Shown piece after piece: positions 38,391-50,691 of a DNA stretch of 64,000 bases. Source of the stretch: Azolla caroliniana (Eukaryota > Plantae > Polypodiophyta); NCBI GenBank assembly GCA_043228905.1, contig JBHGNT010000012.1, positions 17,794,001 through 17,858,000 on the forward strand. Direction: 5' to 3'. Within the stretch, counting starts at the first letter, position 1. Each line of letters starts with the position of its first letter. Under the pieces are notes generated by a model. It saw nothing but the letters and a program-made list of their open reading frames with translations. It had not been told where the DNA came from and did no database searches. The position numbers were made by a program, and so were the translations under genes.

Positions 38391-41300
38391 TATTGCACCA
38401 AAAGCCAGAGTATCTATATCTGTCTACTATGTCTATGCATGTATGTATGTGTATCTTTATGTTGTGATTACTAGCCTTACATGTATGTGAGTGCATTACT
38501 CACTTGCTCTGTTTTCATCTTCATCTTCATCTTCATCTTCATCCTCTCCTCTCTCTCTCTCTCTCTTTCTCTCTGCTTCACACAACATATGCATTCTTAT
38601 TCTTCATTCTTATTCAATGACATTGAGGTAAAAGCTACCAAAATATTCCTCTGTTCTTCCATGGAGAATTGGAAGACATTATATAAGGTGGGCTTCATTA
38701 AGAAGAAAAAGAAGAAGAAGAGGGAGAGGAAGAAGTAGGAGGGGGAGGAGAAGAAAAGTTATGGTATATCTCCCCACTAATGCTGGACTGCTGGCAAAAA
38801 GGAGAGAGAGAGAAAGAGAGAGAGTGACACAGACATGAGACCAAATTTATGATCAGAAAAAGCTGACAAAACTTGTATGCATACCATGATATATACATAT
38901 ATACATATATACAATTTTACAAATATACAAAAGATATATATACACACACACACACACATCCATACATATGTATACAAAAGAGATATATACAATATACACA
39001 TACATATATGTATAAGTTAATGTATATACATATGCAAAAGATATATATATATATATGTATACACATATACAATACATACACAAAAGATATATATACATAC
39101 ATATATGAGAGAGAGAAATGTCTTCCTTTATCTTTCTCTCTTATCTTATCATTTGCATGTTCCGCGGTTCGAACCCTTGCATAGTGGCATCGAAGCTCTC
39201 CCTCCACTAGAGTGACACTCATAGAAATAGTGTCCCCCATGATTCGGTGTCGGGTCCCATGTATACCTTGTACCATCCAACTCCAATTTGTCGCCACACC
39301 ATAACAACACCTAGTAGAGTAGACCTTCTTAGTTTCGTCCCTGCGGAATCCTTGAGCTCAGCGCCACCATATCGAAGATATCTTTGCTTGCCCAAACCTT
39401 CGTGGTACAAGTAGGGGTACGAGTATGATGGAGATGGATTTGATTATAATTGATCTTATGTCATCATCGAATGGCAACTAATTTAGTTAGGCCTCGAGGC
39501 ATTTTGTCTTATGTTACGAAGGAACTAACACAATGGAGAAAGTCTTGAATAATTAATCGCATGTCATCAACACGTGCTTCAACAAATTATCTATCATGTT
39601 TACAATCTTATGTCATCGAGATAGCAACACCATTAAATCGATCCAAGTTACAATCAATATTAAGCCATCAATGCTTCTTGACGAAAACTTGAGAAGCTTT
39701 CTCAACCTTATGTCATGAAGGTAGTCGGTATTTGATATGCATTTCTAATCCAACGATATTTTGGATTCAATTTATATAATGGTATAAGATATTATAGGAA
39801 CAATATTAACGTCATTACACGTAATCTCACATTTGTTTCCAAGATTACATCGCTCCACATTTAATCTTTTCTATTGCACAATATTTGGCCATGTGTAAAA
39901 GTGAAATTTACCAAGTTAAGGGGGTTGTTAAGCACAATCACCTAGGAAGGAAGTATGTACTCTAGCAAGTTGCTTACACTTACTATATTTGAAGAAAAAC
40001 AACGTTAGACTTTATATATTTGCATCACAACATTCAAAGTATCAATCTCAAATTTTACAAAGATTAGACATATAAAAAAGATTTCTATGTACATTGATAG
40101 CTCTATTTTAATTGCATTGTTTCTATGGTAGGTGGAGTTGCTCAATTCTTCTAGCAACATTTTTAGTTCACAATGAGTGTTAGACAAATGTTGTGTTGCT
40201 TGTGCCCAAGGTGTGAGCCTATAGAATAACAATGCCATATCTTCAACTTTGCTTTTTAGCCCCATATATATAAGTTTATGGGAAACCTAAATACCATATA
40301 CCTCCTTTTCTTTGGGATGGACGCTTTACAAATTGTTTTCTTTTTCTTTTTATTAGCTTCGAAAGGTCAAAGAGGGAAAACTTCGTATAGATGAATTCAA
40401 TAGTCTTGGAGCCTTTTTACATGGGGATTCCCGCCACCTAATGAAAATGACCACTAAGAGGTTAGATACCCGACGCAACTGGTCTTAGAAAGGAACAAAC
40501 GCATAGGCTCATGTGTAAACTTCTCGGGTAAAGGCACTAGACATTTTTATGGATGGATAAAGCTTCAGAATGTTGGTGTGGACTCTCGAGCTATTAGATG
40601 TTATGAGTCATGACTTTAAGGTATGTCACGAAATAAAGCAAGATCAAAGAAAACGAGGAACATAAATGTAAATGCAAGAAATCCAAATAAATATCTACCT
40701 ATGTGAAAGGCACAACGGTAAAAAGAAGAAGATAATTTCCACCTATCCTAAAATACAAATTACAATTGACATTCCGACAATTCTTTATCAGATGTTCGAC
40801 ACTCATGGTGGTTATGGTTGTTTAAGGTAAGATAAGTCTATTAAAGAAATGGATTTCCATATTCAAGGATAACAATTTGCCCATTTGAATAACTTGGGTG
40901 TATCGATAATCTCAATGACGTTATGTACTAAGAATTAATTATCTAGTTGCACTTTCATAAACTTTCTCGGATTAAAGTTGAATCTATGAAAGTTACCTAT
41001 CCAAGTGCAAGTGCAAGTTCAAACCTCAATCGTCACTATCATAACCAACACTCTACTATATCTAACCTAGTATACCATATCATTTTATCAACTTTTCACA
41101 CATGCTCTAGTGTGACTACTATAACTTTATGCTTTTGGAGGTTTCATTCACATGGGCTTCATGACTTCCATGCCACCCAATATCTTGAACTTTGAGTTTT
41201 TTACTAGTCTTATTGGCCTACTTTCCCTTTTTCAGGTTCACATTAGAATATTTAGAAATGACTTGACTCCTTCCTTTTTGTTTTCCCAATGCCACATGCC

Positions 41301-41894
41301 CCTTACAGTCTCAACTCTTTGTCCCTAAACATTTGTCAGCTACCACATTGTTCGTAAGCCAATTGGCCAACAATGAACAAGTCCATATATGTGAGAATGT
41401 ATAGTTCAATATTCAAGCAAGTTTACAGACATGAAGTGTCCACCCAAAAATTCGAGATGTTTATTCACACTTGGAAATTACATACTTTTTAGTGAGGTTA
41501 TGATGATTGCCATGCTGAAAGCACCCACATGCACTTTCTAGGAGTAAAAGAAAAGAAGATTATCTTGTTGATTTCTCGGGAGCATATCTATATATCGTTT
41601 CCAAGGATATGGAAAGCACGATTGACTTGCCTTTACATGATGAGATTGAATCATTGGATAAAATTGTTGGATGATTCTTTTCCATCCAACGTAATCATGC
41701 ATGTTTTGAGCAAATAACATGTTCCCACCAGTTCAATTCATTGTTTTGTTAACAAGAGTGTAGTGCACCTCAAAAACATAATTAAGAAAATTTCACATTG
41801 TGTGGGTCCTTTTATTGCAATTCGAGTTACATACGCATGCAATCTGACTACAATTTCTACAGAATCATTGCCTCATTTCACATAGACATGCACA

Positions 41895-41896
<2 letters not shown>

Positions 41897-41956
<60 letters not shown>
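41897..41956. repeat. (CA)n microsatellite
   Basis: Long pure CA run. Confidence 0.95.
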
Positions 41957-41960
<4 letters not shown>

Positions 41961-44900
41961 AACAAACACAAGCAAACAAATGAAACAAGTGTTGTCGTGC
42001 GTGTATGCATTTAAAATTAGGCTTAACTAATAAATACATAAGGCACATTAAAGTGGGGGAATGTATGTTGGTTACCAAGATAGGCCCCAATTCACATATA
42101 TGAACATCAAGAGGAGGGGATGACGTCGGTGATAAAGGGACAAGAAATCTCGTTTTCCACCACAGACAATGTTTACTCAACCCCCCCATCAATGCCAAAG
42201 ATCAAGTCGTGTTGGAATTGGTCAGCCCAATAACACTATGGACTCTCTGGAATGTTGGCGGGTCTTCTCCAATCAAACCGTGAACCTAACAACGTTATTG
42301 CAAGAGATATGGAGTGAAGTTGTAGCCATGCTAAAGAGCTAATACAATGACATCATGTGCGGATCCAATGGAGTTGAAAGACAACGATTAACCTTCATCC
42401 AACAATGGTCTTCCTCTCCCTTTCTTGAGTCAGTGGTCCTACACACAAGATGGAACTACCAAATCCTTTATGGGGTTTGCATATGCCATTCACAACTGTA
42501 AAATTTTATTACTAATTGAAGGAGTTTTGTTTTTAGAAAAAAGAAAAGGAAAGTTAATGCCATGTTCGAAAAAATACAAGATAAAATAGTTGCATGATTC
42601 GAAGGGGCCACAACATCAACTTACATGGAGACCTAGGGGAACTCATCTAAGTGTTTAAAATTAATTCCTCATTTTGAATTCCTCCCTGTTTCAACTAATA
42701 TGAAATTTTAGATTCTAGAAATGTAAAAGATAAGCTACATCAAGAAGACATCCCATGTTCAAGTTCAAAACAATACAAAAGATAACTAGATGTTTGAACG
42801 GCCCCCATGATAAGAAAGTATCATTCCATGGAAAACTAATTGAAAGTCATTAGTGTTTGAGGATCACCGTCAAATCTTACCTATGTTGCGATTTCAAATA
42901 ATATGTTATTTAGATTCTAATAATGTGAATACAAGTTATAGCCCACAAGAAGCAGCCATTCTCTTGGAGCCACATGATGTCTTTTGGAAGTCATATTCAC
43001 TTCGACATTTCCAAAGAAACTATCCTAGACAATTCACATCTCCATCTCATGGAAACTTTTGTGGAAAGTCCCCATAAAATATGTTTGAGGACAACCCCAA
43101 AATTTACCAGTTCTCCTTTTTTGAGACCACACATGATATTTTGATTCTAATCGTGTCAGTAGAACCCACATGAAGCGCATATATAAATTTGTTGATATAT
43201 GTTACATTTCAAAACTCGTGTCTCAACTAAGGGAAAACATAGAATATAACTAGATCTTTCAAAGGCTCCACAATAACCATTTATCCTCATTTGTTAGACT
43301 AAGTGGAAATCCTCGTCAACATGTATGAAGCTTGAATGTATTCTGACCGAATTTTCTATTTCAAGCAATTTGATATTTAGATTGTAGTAGAGTGGACACA
43401 ACCCATATGAATCATATACACTTTTTGGGTAATTCCTAGAACGTAATACTACTAGACATCACAATTAGTTTCTTCAATGAGAAAAAAATGAACGATTTCC
43501 ATTATTTATTAGATTATTGCTTCTCACATGTCCTAAAACAAATTCCACAATTTATTCATTTGTTCTATCTAATGACTTCTATCATTTACAAATGTTTGTC
43601 CCTCAACTCTACTGACTTCTATCTAAGTAATTGTTATTCTGAACCTCAATTCTGTGATTATTTCTATCCTTAAATGATGTGATAATTTCTCGGCTTCATC
43701 AATATACTTAAAAATAATTTATAGTTTTTTTGTATCTTTATCTCCTATACTCTTGCTAATCTTTCCTCACATGAACAAGGAATTGTGATTGGTATGATAT
43801 TTCCTTCATACAATAATTACCCTTTTAAATGTTGACACTCATGGTAATTAGTATCAATCTACTTCTTTGCCTGGCTTGTTATGAAACTTATAACATCTTT
43901 TTTGGAAAAAAGAAAGAAAAAGAAACTTATAACATCATCATAATCTTTGAGTGAGTTTTTTTTCCTTTTCTTTTGAAGATTCACCTTGGTATTAATGGAA
44001 AGATGCCCAAAGGCTACAAAGAACTCATACATGAAAACACCACCACCATACCCATGCATTAACCAACATCTCAAATAGCAAAAGCCCTCACGTAATCTTT
44101 GAGTGAGTTTGATGATAAAATTTCAGGAGAAAAATGTTATCAAGCATAACATTAGGACAATTATGATCATGTTAGAAAATAACATATATAACCACTCATA
44201 TATGGTGCAACACCAATTGTGTCCTAGATCAAACAAATTGATTGGTTTAATTTAACTAGGTTCCCAATTGTCTCACTTTAATAGTTTCAACAATTCACCT
44301 TACCTTTTCCCTTTTAAATTAGGTTCGAGGTTTAAGAAAAGTATCCCTTTGTCTTTTTACTACAAATATGATTGATTGTAGTGCCACATACGAGGGGTAT
44401 TTATGGTAAATTTCAGTTAATGCCAACATAACATTATTACTCATTGCGCAATGTTTGAACCCACAACATGATGATATGAGCCTTACACTTACACTTATCG
44501 TTGTTCATAAGATAATACTTTTGGGGTTTTGTAGGAAATCTTAGGGGTATTTGGGTAAAAGTCCAATTGTTTAATAAGTTTTCTTTTAGATATTGGGAAA
44601 AGCCAAAAATTCGATCTAATACTTTTAACCTCATAAAAATAGAAATCCCTTGATCTGTCATCTACTTTTTTTGTACTTTTAAGATCATGACTACGAGAAT
44701 ATTATCCCTACTTTTGAAAAGGACAACATGTGTGTGTGTGTGTGTGCCTGCACTCGTGTGTATCATGCCGAAAACTATTATTACATACTTGGGTTTGAGC
44801 TCGACATGTCATGATTCGAGAGTAAATTGGCTATGTTGATATTTCTTCACCTTGTAGTCCTTGAAAGAGAAATGACAAGTTTCACATTCTTGTAGCCAAT

Positions 44901-45853
44901 AAGGTTTTGCCTATGATATCTTCTAAAACCATAACATTAACAAAATGTTAGTAGATAAAAATAATAATAAAACAAGAAGGTAAATTTAGGATTTTGATGT
45001 TGGATTCACACTCATCCGCCAATCGAATGAATGCAATATGTGACAACAAACAATTGGAGAAGAAAATATGATTTTATTGTTGGGTCACAAAAGGCATCGT
45101 GTTGCCATTAGCTCAAATAGTTTGCCAACATTACCTTTTCAAGCACAATTTTATGGTTTTCAATCTTTGTATAGTGGAAATCTGACAATGTCAATGTCTT
45201 AAAGACATGTTTCTTGGAGCAAATTGATAGTGTGCATGGTGTTAAAGTGAATTCTCGCAGACTTCCGATAATGAATGCAACATCAAACTTATTGTTCAGT
45301 AATGTTGAAAAGCTCAAGATTTACAAGCACACCTCTATGTCCATATAGTTAAAAGTCCAAAATTTCAATGCACTAACATGGCAAGCCTAAGGAGACTTTT
45401 TTGGTGGAACTATTGTATCAACGTATAAAGGCAAAAGACTTTTCGTATTGGGGTTTACCATGTAATGCCTTGTTATTTAGTCCTCTAAGCGAGTGGTTGG
45501 ACATTTCCTGATTCCCTACACATTTACCTGACATATGACCTTTATTCTCATCGTCTAGTCGTAAGAGGAGTTATTGCTACTTATGTCTTGAGGATGGGGC
45601 GTGTGATGTGGTGGGTTGTAAAGACTTTTTTACATACTCCATTTGAATTACCTTGTGAAAAGATGAGATATTTTGTTTTTAGGTGACTTTTTTTTTTACT
45701 TCATTGAAGATATATTTTTGCACTTCAATATGGTATTTGGACCACTCACCCACTTGACAATAGAGACCATGTACAGAGGATACTAGATAATGGTTGGGAA
45801 ATATAGTATTAATGCTAGAATTAAATTTTCTTGTATGGATATTGCACCAACTG

Positions 45854-45926
45854 GCCGGCCTAGCTCAGCTGGTAGAGCGCAAGGCTCTTAACCTTGTGGT
45901 CATGGGTTCGAGCCCCATGGCCGGCG
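45854..45926 (+). tRNA. trnK-CUU: tRNA-Lys (anticodon CUU), second copy
   Basis: Identical to 34479-34551 except for one T>C in the D-loop. CAA lies upstream, and the first T4 run is only at 45967-45970. Confidence 0.96.
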
Positions 45927-45974
45927 TTTATCTCATTTGGGTGTTCAAATTCCTACACCTAAAAGGTTTTGCTT

Positions 45975-46680
45975 GTCGATCAACATTTAACATACCCTTG
46001 AGCTTTGCCTTTTTTTGTTTAATGTGCATTACTTCTCCTTGGACCCTAACTCTGGAGATATTTAACATGTCACCCCACACTTTGCGGTTTGATGTCAATA
46101 TTGATGCCCGATCTCCTTAACATGGCATTGAGCCCCATGGCTTACATTTCTCTTTCAATGGGCATGCTCACTACTTGTTGACCTTGTCCATCAACATTTT
46201 AACATATGTTCAATATTTTCCATTTTAATTTTAAGACTTGTTAATCAACATTAAATGTATACCCTTTTAAGTTTTGGCGTTCTCTCTATATTTCACTTCT
46301 CGCTCATTAGGGAGATGTTTAGCATGGCACCCATCTCGTGCTTCATGTTGATGCTGATGTTCAATTCATTTAACATGGCATCGAGTTCATATTGAAGTTT
46401 GCGTTTATGTTGATTTCTAGATACAAATAGATTTTATCACTCTCCAACTTGTTTTGATGTGTTTAATGTGTCATCAAGGTCGTGCTGATGTTGAAGTTCG
46501 TGGTTATGTTGATGTCAAGAGATGGATAGATTTTATTATCATTCAACATGTGCTTGATGTGTGTAATGACATCAAGGTCGTGTCAATGTCAAGAGATAGA
46601 TTTTCTTACCATGCAACCCATGTTTGATGTGTATAACATGGCAACCAGGTCATGTCGATGTTGATGTCAATTGATGCATT
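45975..46680. repeat. Degenerate tandem repeat region
   Basis: Recurring TTAACATGGCA, TCAACATTT, GATAGATTTT and CATCAAGGTCGTG blocks at spacings of about 90-240 bp. Confidence 0.55.
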
Positions 46681-49009
46681 TTATTATTGTTCTCAAAGGC
46701 CAATTATTGACCTATATGAGAGAGAGGAGCACAATGTGCAAGCATTAGTTTATTTTTATACATAAGTTAAGAAAGAAGCTTTCGACATCCACATTTACTT
46801 GATCTGATAGTAAATACACACTACAACAAATCATGTTTCATATTTCCCAAATGTGTAACAAAGTAGTTAAATGTTAGGATTAAGTGATTAAACATTATAT
46901 GAAAGTAACGAATCATAAGACCAAATCAAATCAAGGATCATGATGATGTTAGCATGACTAATATGTCACAAATTGATGTTGGCAAGAGTTTTAATCATTA
47001 CGATGAAGCAATCAAAGATTCAAATTAATCTACTAGGTTTTGACACAAGTACTTAAATACAACGTAAAAGTTTCAATTTTACTAGCATTCTATGTATATC
47101 ATTCCATATAAACTCTTACATCGTGAATCCTCTTACATATAAGATTTCTCATGAAAAAAGTGCACCTTTATGGACTATGGACTATCTACGCTCATTTAAA
47201 ATTTACCTTCACGTATAAAAATTATGTGTAAGCATTGCTTACAATTTTCTCTTGTGATGAAACATGTTATAGGCAACACATTTATTTATTTATTTATTTT
47301 TCCAAAAAATTCTACTTCCATTAGTTAAGAAAAAGTACATAGAATAATATACAACTCATATGTTACAAGCCACTTTGCAATGGCTATAAGAAAACATCAT
47401 GTATAAATGAAGCAACAAAGCCTCGTCACATAATTACTCGACAGACTCCCATCAACATGAGCCTCACACAACCCACATTCAGCAAAGACACCCTCCAATC
47501 ACTTCACAATTCAGCACCTACCTCTATGTTTGGTACCCTAGGAGGGAACAACCATCAGGGTGGTTGATATATCCACTTTGTTGATATAGGCAACACATTT
47601 ATGCTTAATCCCTTGGGGTGAAATAGTTTTTAGCTTTGTACCACCTTAAGTTACATGTTCTTTTAGGGCATCTAACTACTTTCTTCAACATATTGGATGC
47701 AACCAATTTAACTATTGTCCCACAAGTACACACACACACACCCATGAAACTCTTCCACTTTCCATTATCACTTTCATGGAGCCAATGTCTTTTGTAGATG
47801 GAAATACATAAAGCTAGAGGTTCATGGCCCCAGTGGCCATGGTTGAATGATAGGATCTCCTTAAACTAGCAACCATGAAAGCAAAGAAAAGAAAAAAAGC
47901 ATGGGAATTAAATTGATGGATATACACATAAGTGAAGTGATAAAGGAGCCAATAGTGACAACACCGACATGAGCAAGCATCAGTAAAGAGAGCACAAGTA
48001 CTAGCATGCAAAGTAGAGTGTGTCCTTGGTGATATAGAGGGTTTAAAGACCTATAAAAAGGCAAGAATGGTGGAATAAAGAATAGAAATGGACTCAAAAC
48101 CATGCAATCTATTGATTGCATCTTCCATAACTAAATTAAGAATGTACACACAATGAATTGTATATGTTGTTTAGTCTAATAATTACAAAACAAACCTTAA
48201 TTAAGAGTGCACATTTCTAAGGGCATGACACAAGGCCTAGAACATGGAAGGTTCTCTCACTCTTATGACTTTGATGACATAGTGCAAACCACCAAGGCCG
48301 AGGATCGAACTTGGGTTGTCTCCACATAAACGGAGAGTAATGGTTGGAGCTTTACCTTCGGGGATGCATAAAACAAAAGAAACATTGTTAGAAGAATGTG
48401 TTTATCTTGTTCATGAACGTAGTACGCATCAATTTCTTTCATGCCTAATGGCTAGAATGCTTTGGAGGTGTATGAATTTTGTGTGGATGTATTTGACTAG
48501 AGCAAAACTATCTTCATTCAATTGGGGTTTTGCACATATGGAGAACAAATAGAGGTATGCCTTGTTTCCTAATTATTTTTGAGTTGTTGAGGTATTGGGG
48601 GCTTTGATTCAATTGGAATATGTAGAATGTCTTCACAAGTTGGGGTGAGAAAATATGTTTTAAAGTTAAAAGGAATTCTTTTGTGGCAATTAATGTTAGA
48701 GAAGTCATGGAACCTCAACTATGAAGAAAACCAACTCTGCAAGGTCACATGTTATTACTTTGACATCTAAATTGGTGTGTAGGGTGGGATTGAGTTCATA
48801 GTAGTATTTAGATCCCTAAAGTTCTATACTTTGTTGTAAGTTACTCATGGTGGTGTTTTTTCTTTCGTAATGAAAGGCATTATTTATGGACACACACAAA
48901 GAGAGAGAGAAAGAGAATGGAGACCAGGTGGTCATGGGTTCAACCCCTACATTCCACAGTGGCATCTAGTGAAATAGAGATATATATGAAGTATATAATA
49001 GAGAGGTGA

Positions 49010-49081
49010 GGAAATTGGATTTCGAACCCAAGACATAGTGCTTGTAGTGTTATCGACTTACCACTAGGGTAAGCTAATTAC

Positions 49082-49140
<59 letters not shown>
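49010..49140 (-). mobile_element. tRNA-derived SINE head adjacent to a (GA)n tract
   Basis: The minus strand reads TAGCTTACCCTAGTGG (A-box-like) ... GGTTCGAAATCC (B-box-like, 49017-49028). (GA)n at about 49087-49138. Confidence 0.4.
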
Positions 49141-49142
<2 letters not shown>

Positions 49143-50691
49143 TTGATTTTTAAAGAAGATATTCTGTCATTAGTATAAAACATTTTACAAGATTTTAAAC
49201 CTTTGTGATCGATGGGGGAAACAAAAAGCCAACCACTAAGCAACGCTCTTTCAATGCTTTACGTTCGTTTTCCGGGCGAAGTCTGGTTTGATCTTACAAC
49301 CTTCTAAGCTAAGCATTAGATTTTACTAGCCTCTGTTCGGTCTGTAAGGTCAACTTGTGCCTGTAGCTCGAGCACCAAACTTCGAATCCGGGATAGTTCG
49401 AATCTCTCCAGGCATGGACCTATCGATGAGTCATCGAAGTCTCAAGTCAATAGTTCCAAAGGAACCGCAATGAAGACTTCATTGTGGTTCATGGCATTTC
49501 ACAGTCACATTGATCACCCAAAATTTTCTTGAATCCATCAATACAATGCAATCTTGTTTTGACACACGCCTCCTACATCAAAATCAGAGAAGTCAAAATA
49601 GAGGAGAGTCCAAGACAGGACTCGCCCTCAAGCATAAGATGGTGAGGGAAATTTAATCGGAATCGTGATTGAAAGCGAGGTCGACAACTTCAAAGCTCTT
49701 GTCCAAAAGGAAGTTACAGCATTATATGCAGCAATGTTGGATGATGTGCAAGTGGAGGTGAATGATGTAGTCCAATAACAGAAACAACATGTACACAATG
49801 AGAAATGAGAAAGATGCGACTATGGTCAACCAACTGGATCCCCTGAAAAAGAAGACGGATTTATGTATGGCTGCAAAGAACAAGGAAATTGCTAATCTGA
49901 GAGCTCAGCTAGATGCACGTAATCAGGAATTCATTATATATGCATTGCTACACAACGACCCATGCATGATTATACAAAGGGAAATGGAATGCCTGAAGAA
50001 AAGGTCAAAGAGGCTAAACACAATGTGGAATCTATCAAACATGTGATGAAGGATAATGCAGAATCAATCGAGATACTCAAGAAACGTAAGGGGTTGCCCT
50101 CCATAAACAAGTAGGATTGTAAAAATGTGTCATTCATGTATTAATTACTTTTACACAGCCATTAACCAAAGGGCCCACATTGCAAAAACAAATCTACAAC
50201 ATCGTCCAGACAACAAAATAATCAATACGACATATCTAAGGCAAACTTAATTGTACACAACTACAAATACCTCATTACAAATAAGCACAGCAATCTTCAC
50301 ATTGCTGTGATGATAAACAGGCACCGATATAAAGGCATAAACACATGATGGCTCTCTTTGCATAATTACCAAGTCATTACCCTCCATAGTCGCAAAAGTG
50401 TACTTTCTGTCTGTGCTTGGAAGCTTGTGTGGCATGGTATCGCTTGTATGATGGACTCATATATATAATATAAGAATAAATATTTTTTTTAAAAGATCTA
50501 GATTGGCTGGCAACAATCCAAATGCTAATTCGATTTGTACAGTGTCAATGGATTAAAATAGAATCTAATTATTTTGATTCATACAGTGTCATCAGATTTG
50601 TATCGTTAGTCATGTTGGGATTAAATGGAATGCTACTACTCACCTGTTCATGATCAGCATTTTGTGATGCTTCTAATCAAAGGAAAGAAAT

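Noticed and set aside
45794-46120. 108-aa ORF
   Set aside because: It runs through the tRNA-Lys gene and has no protein features.
49400-50110. Coiled-coil-like ORF remnant (49789-50046)
   Set aside because: Interrupted by stops and frameshifts, with no family motif recognised.
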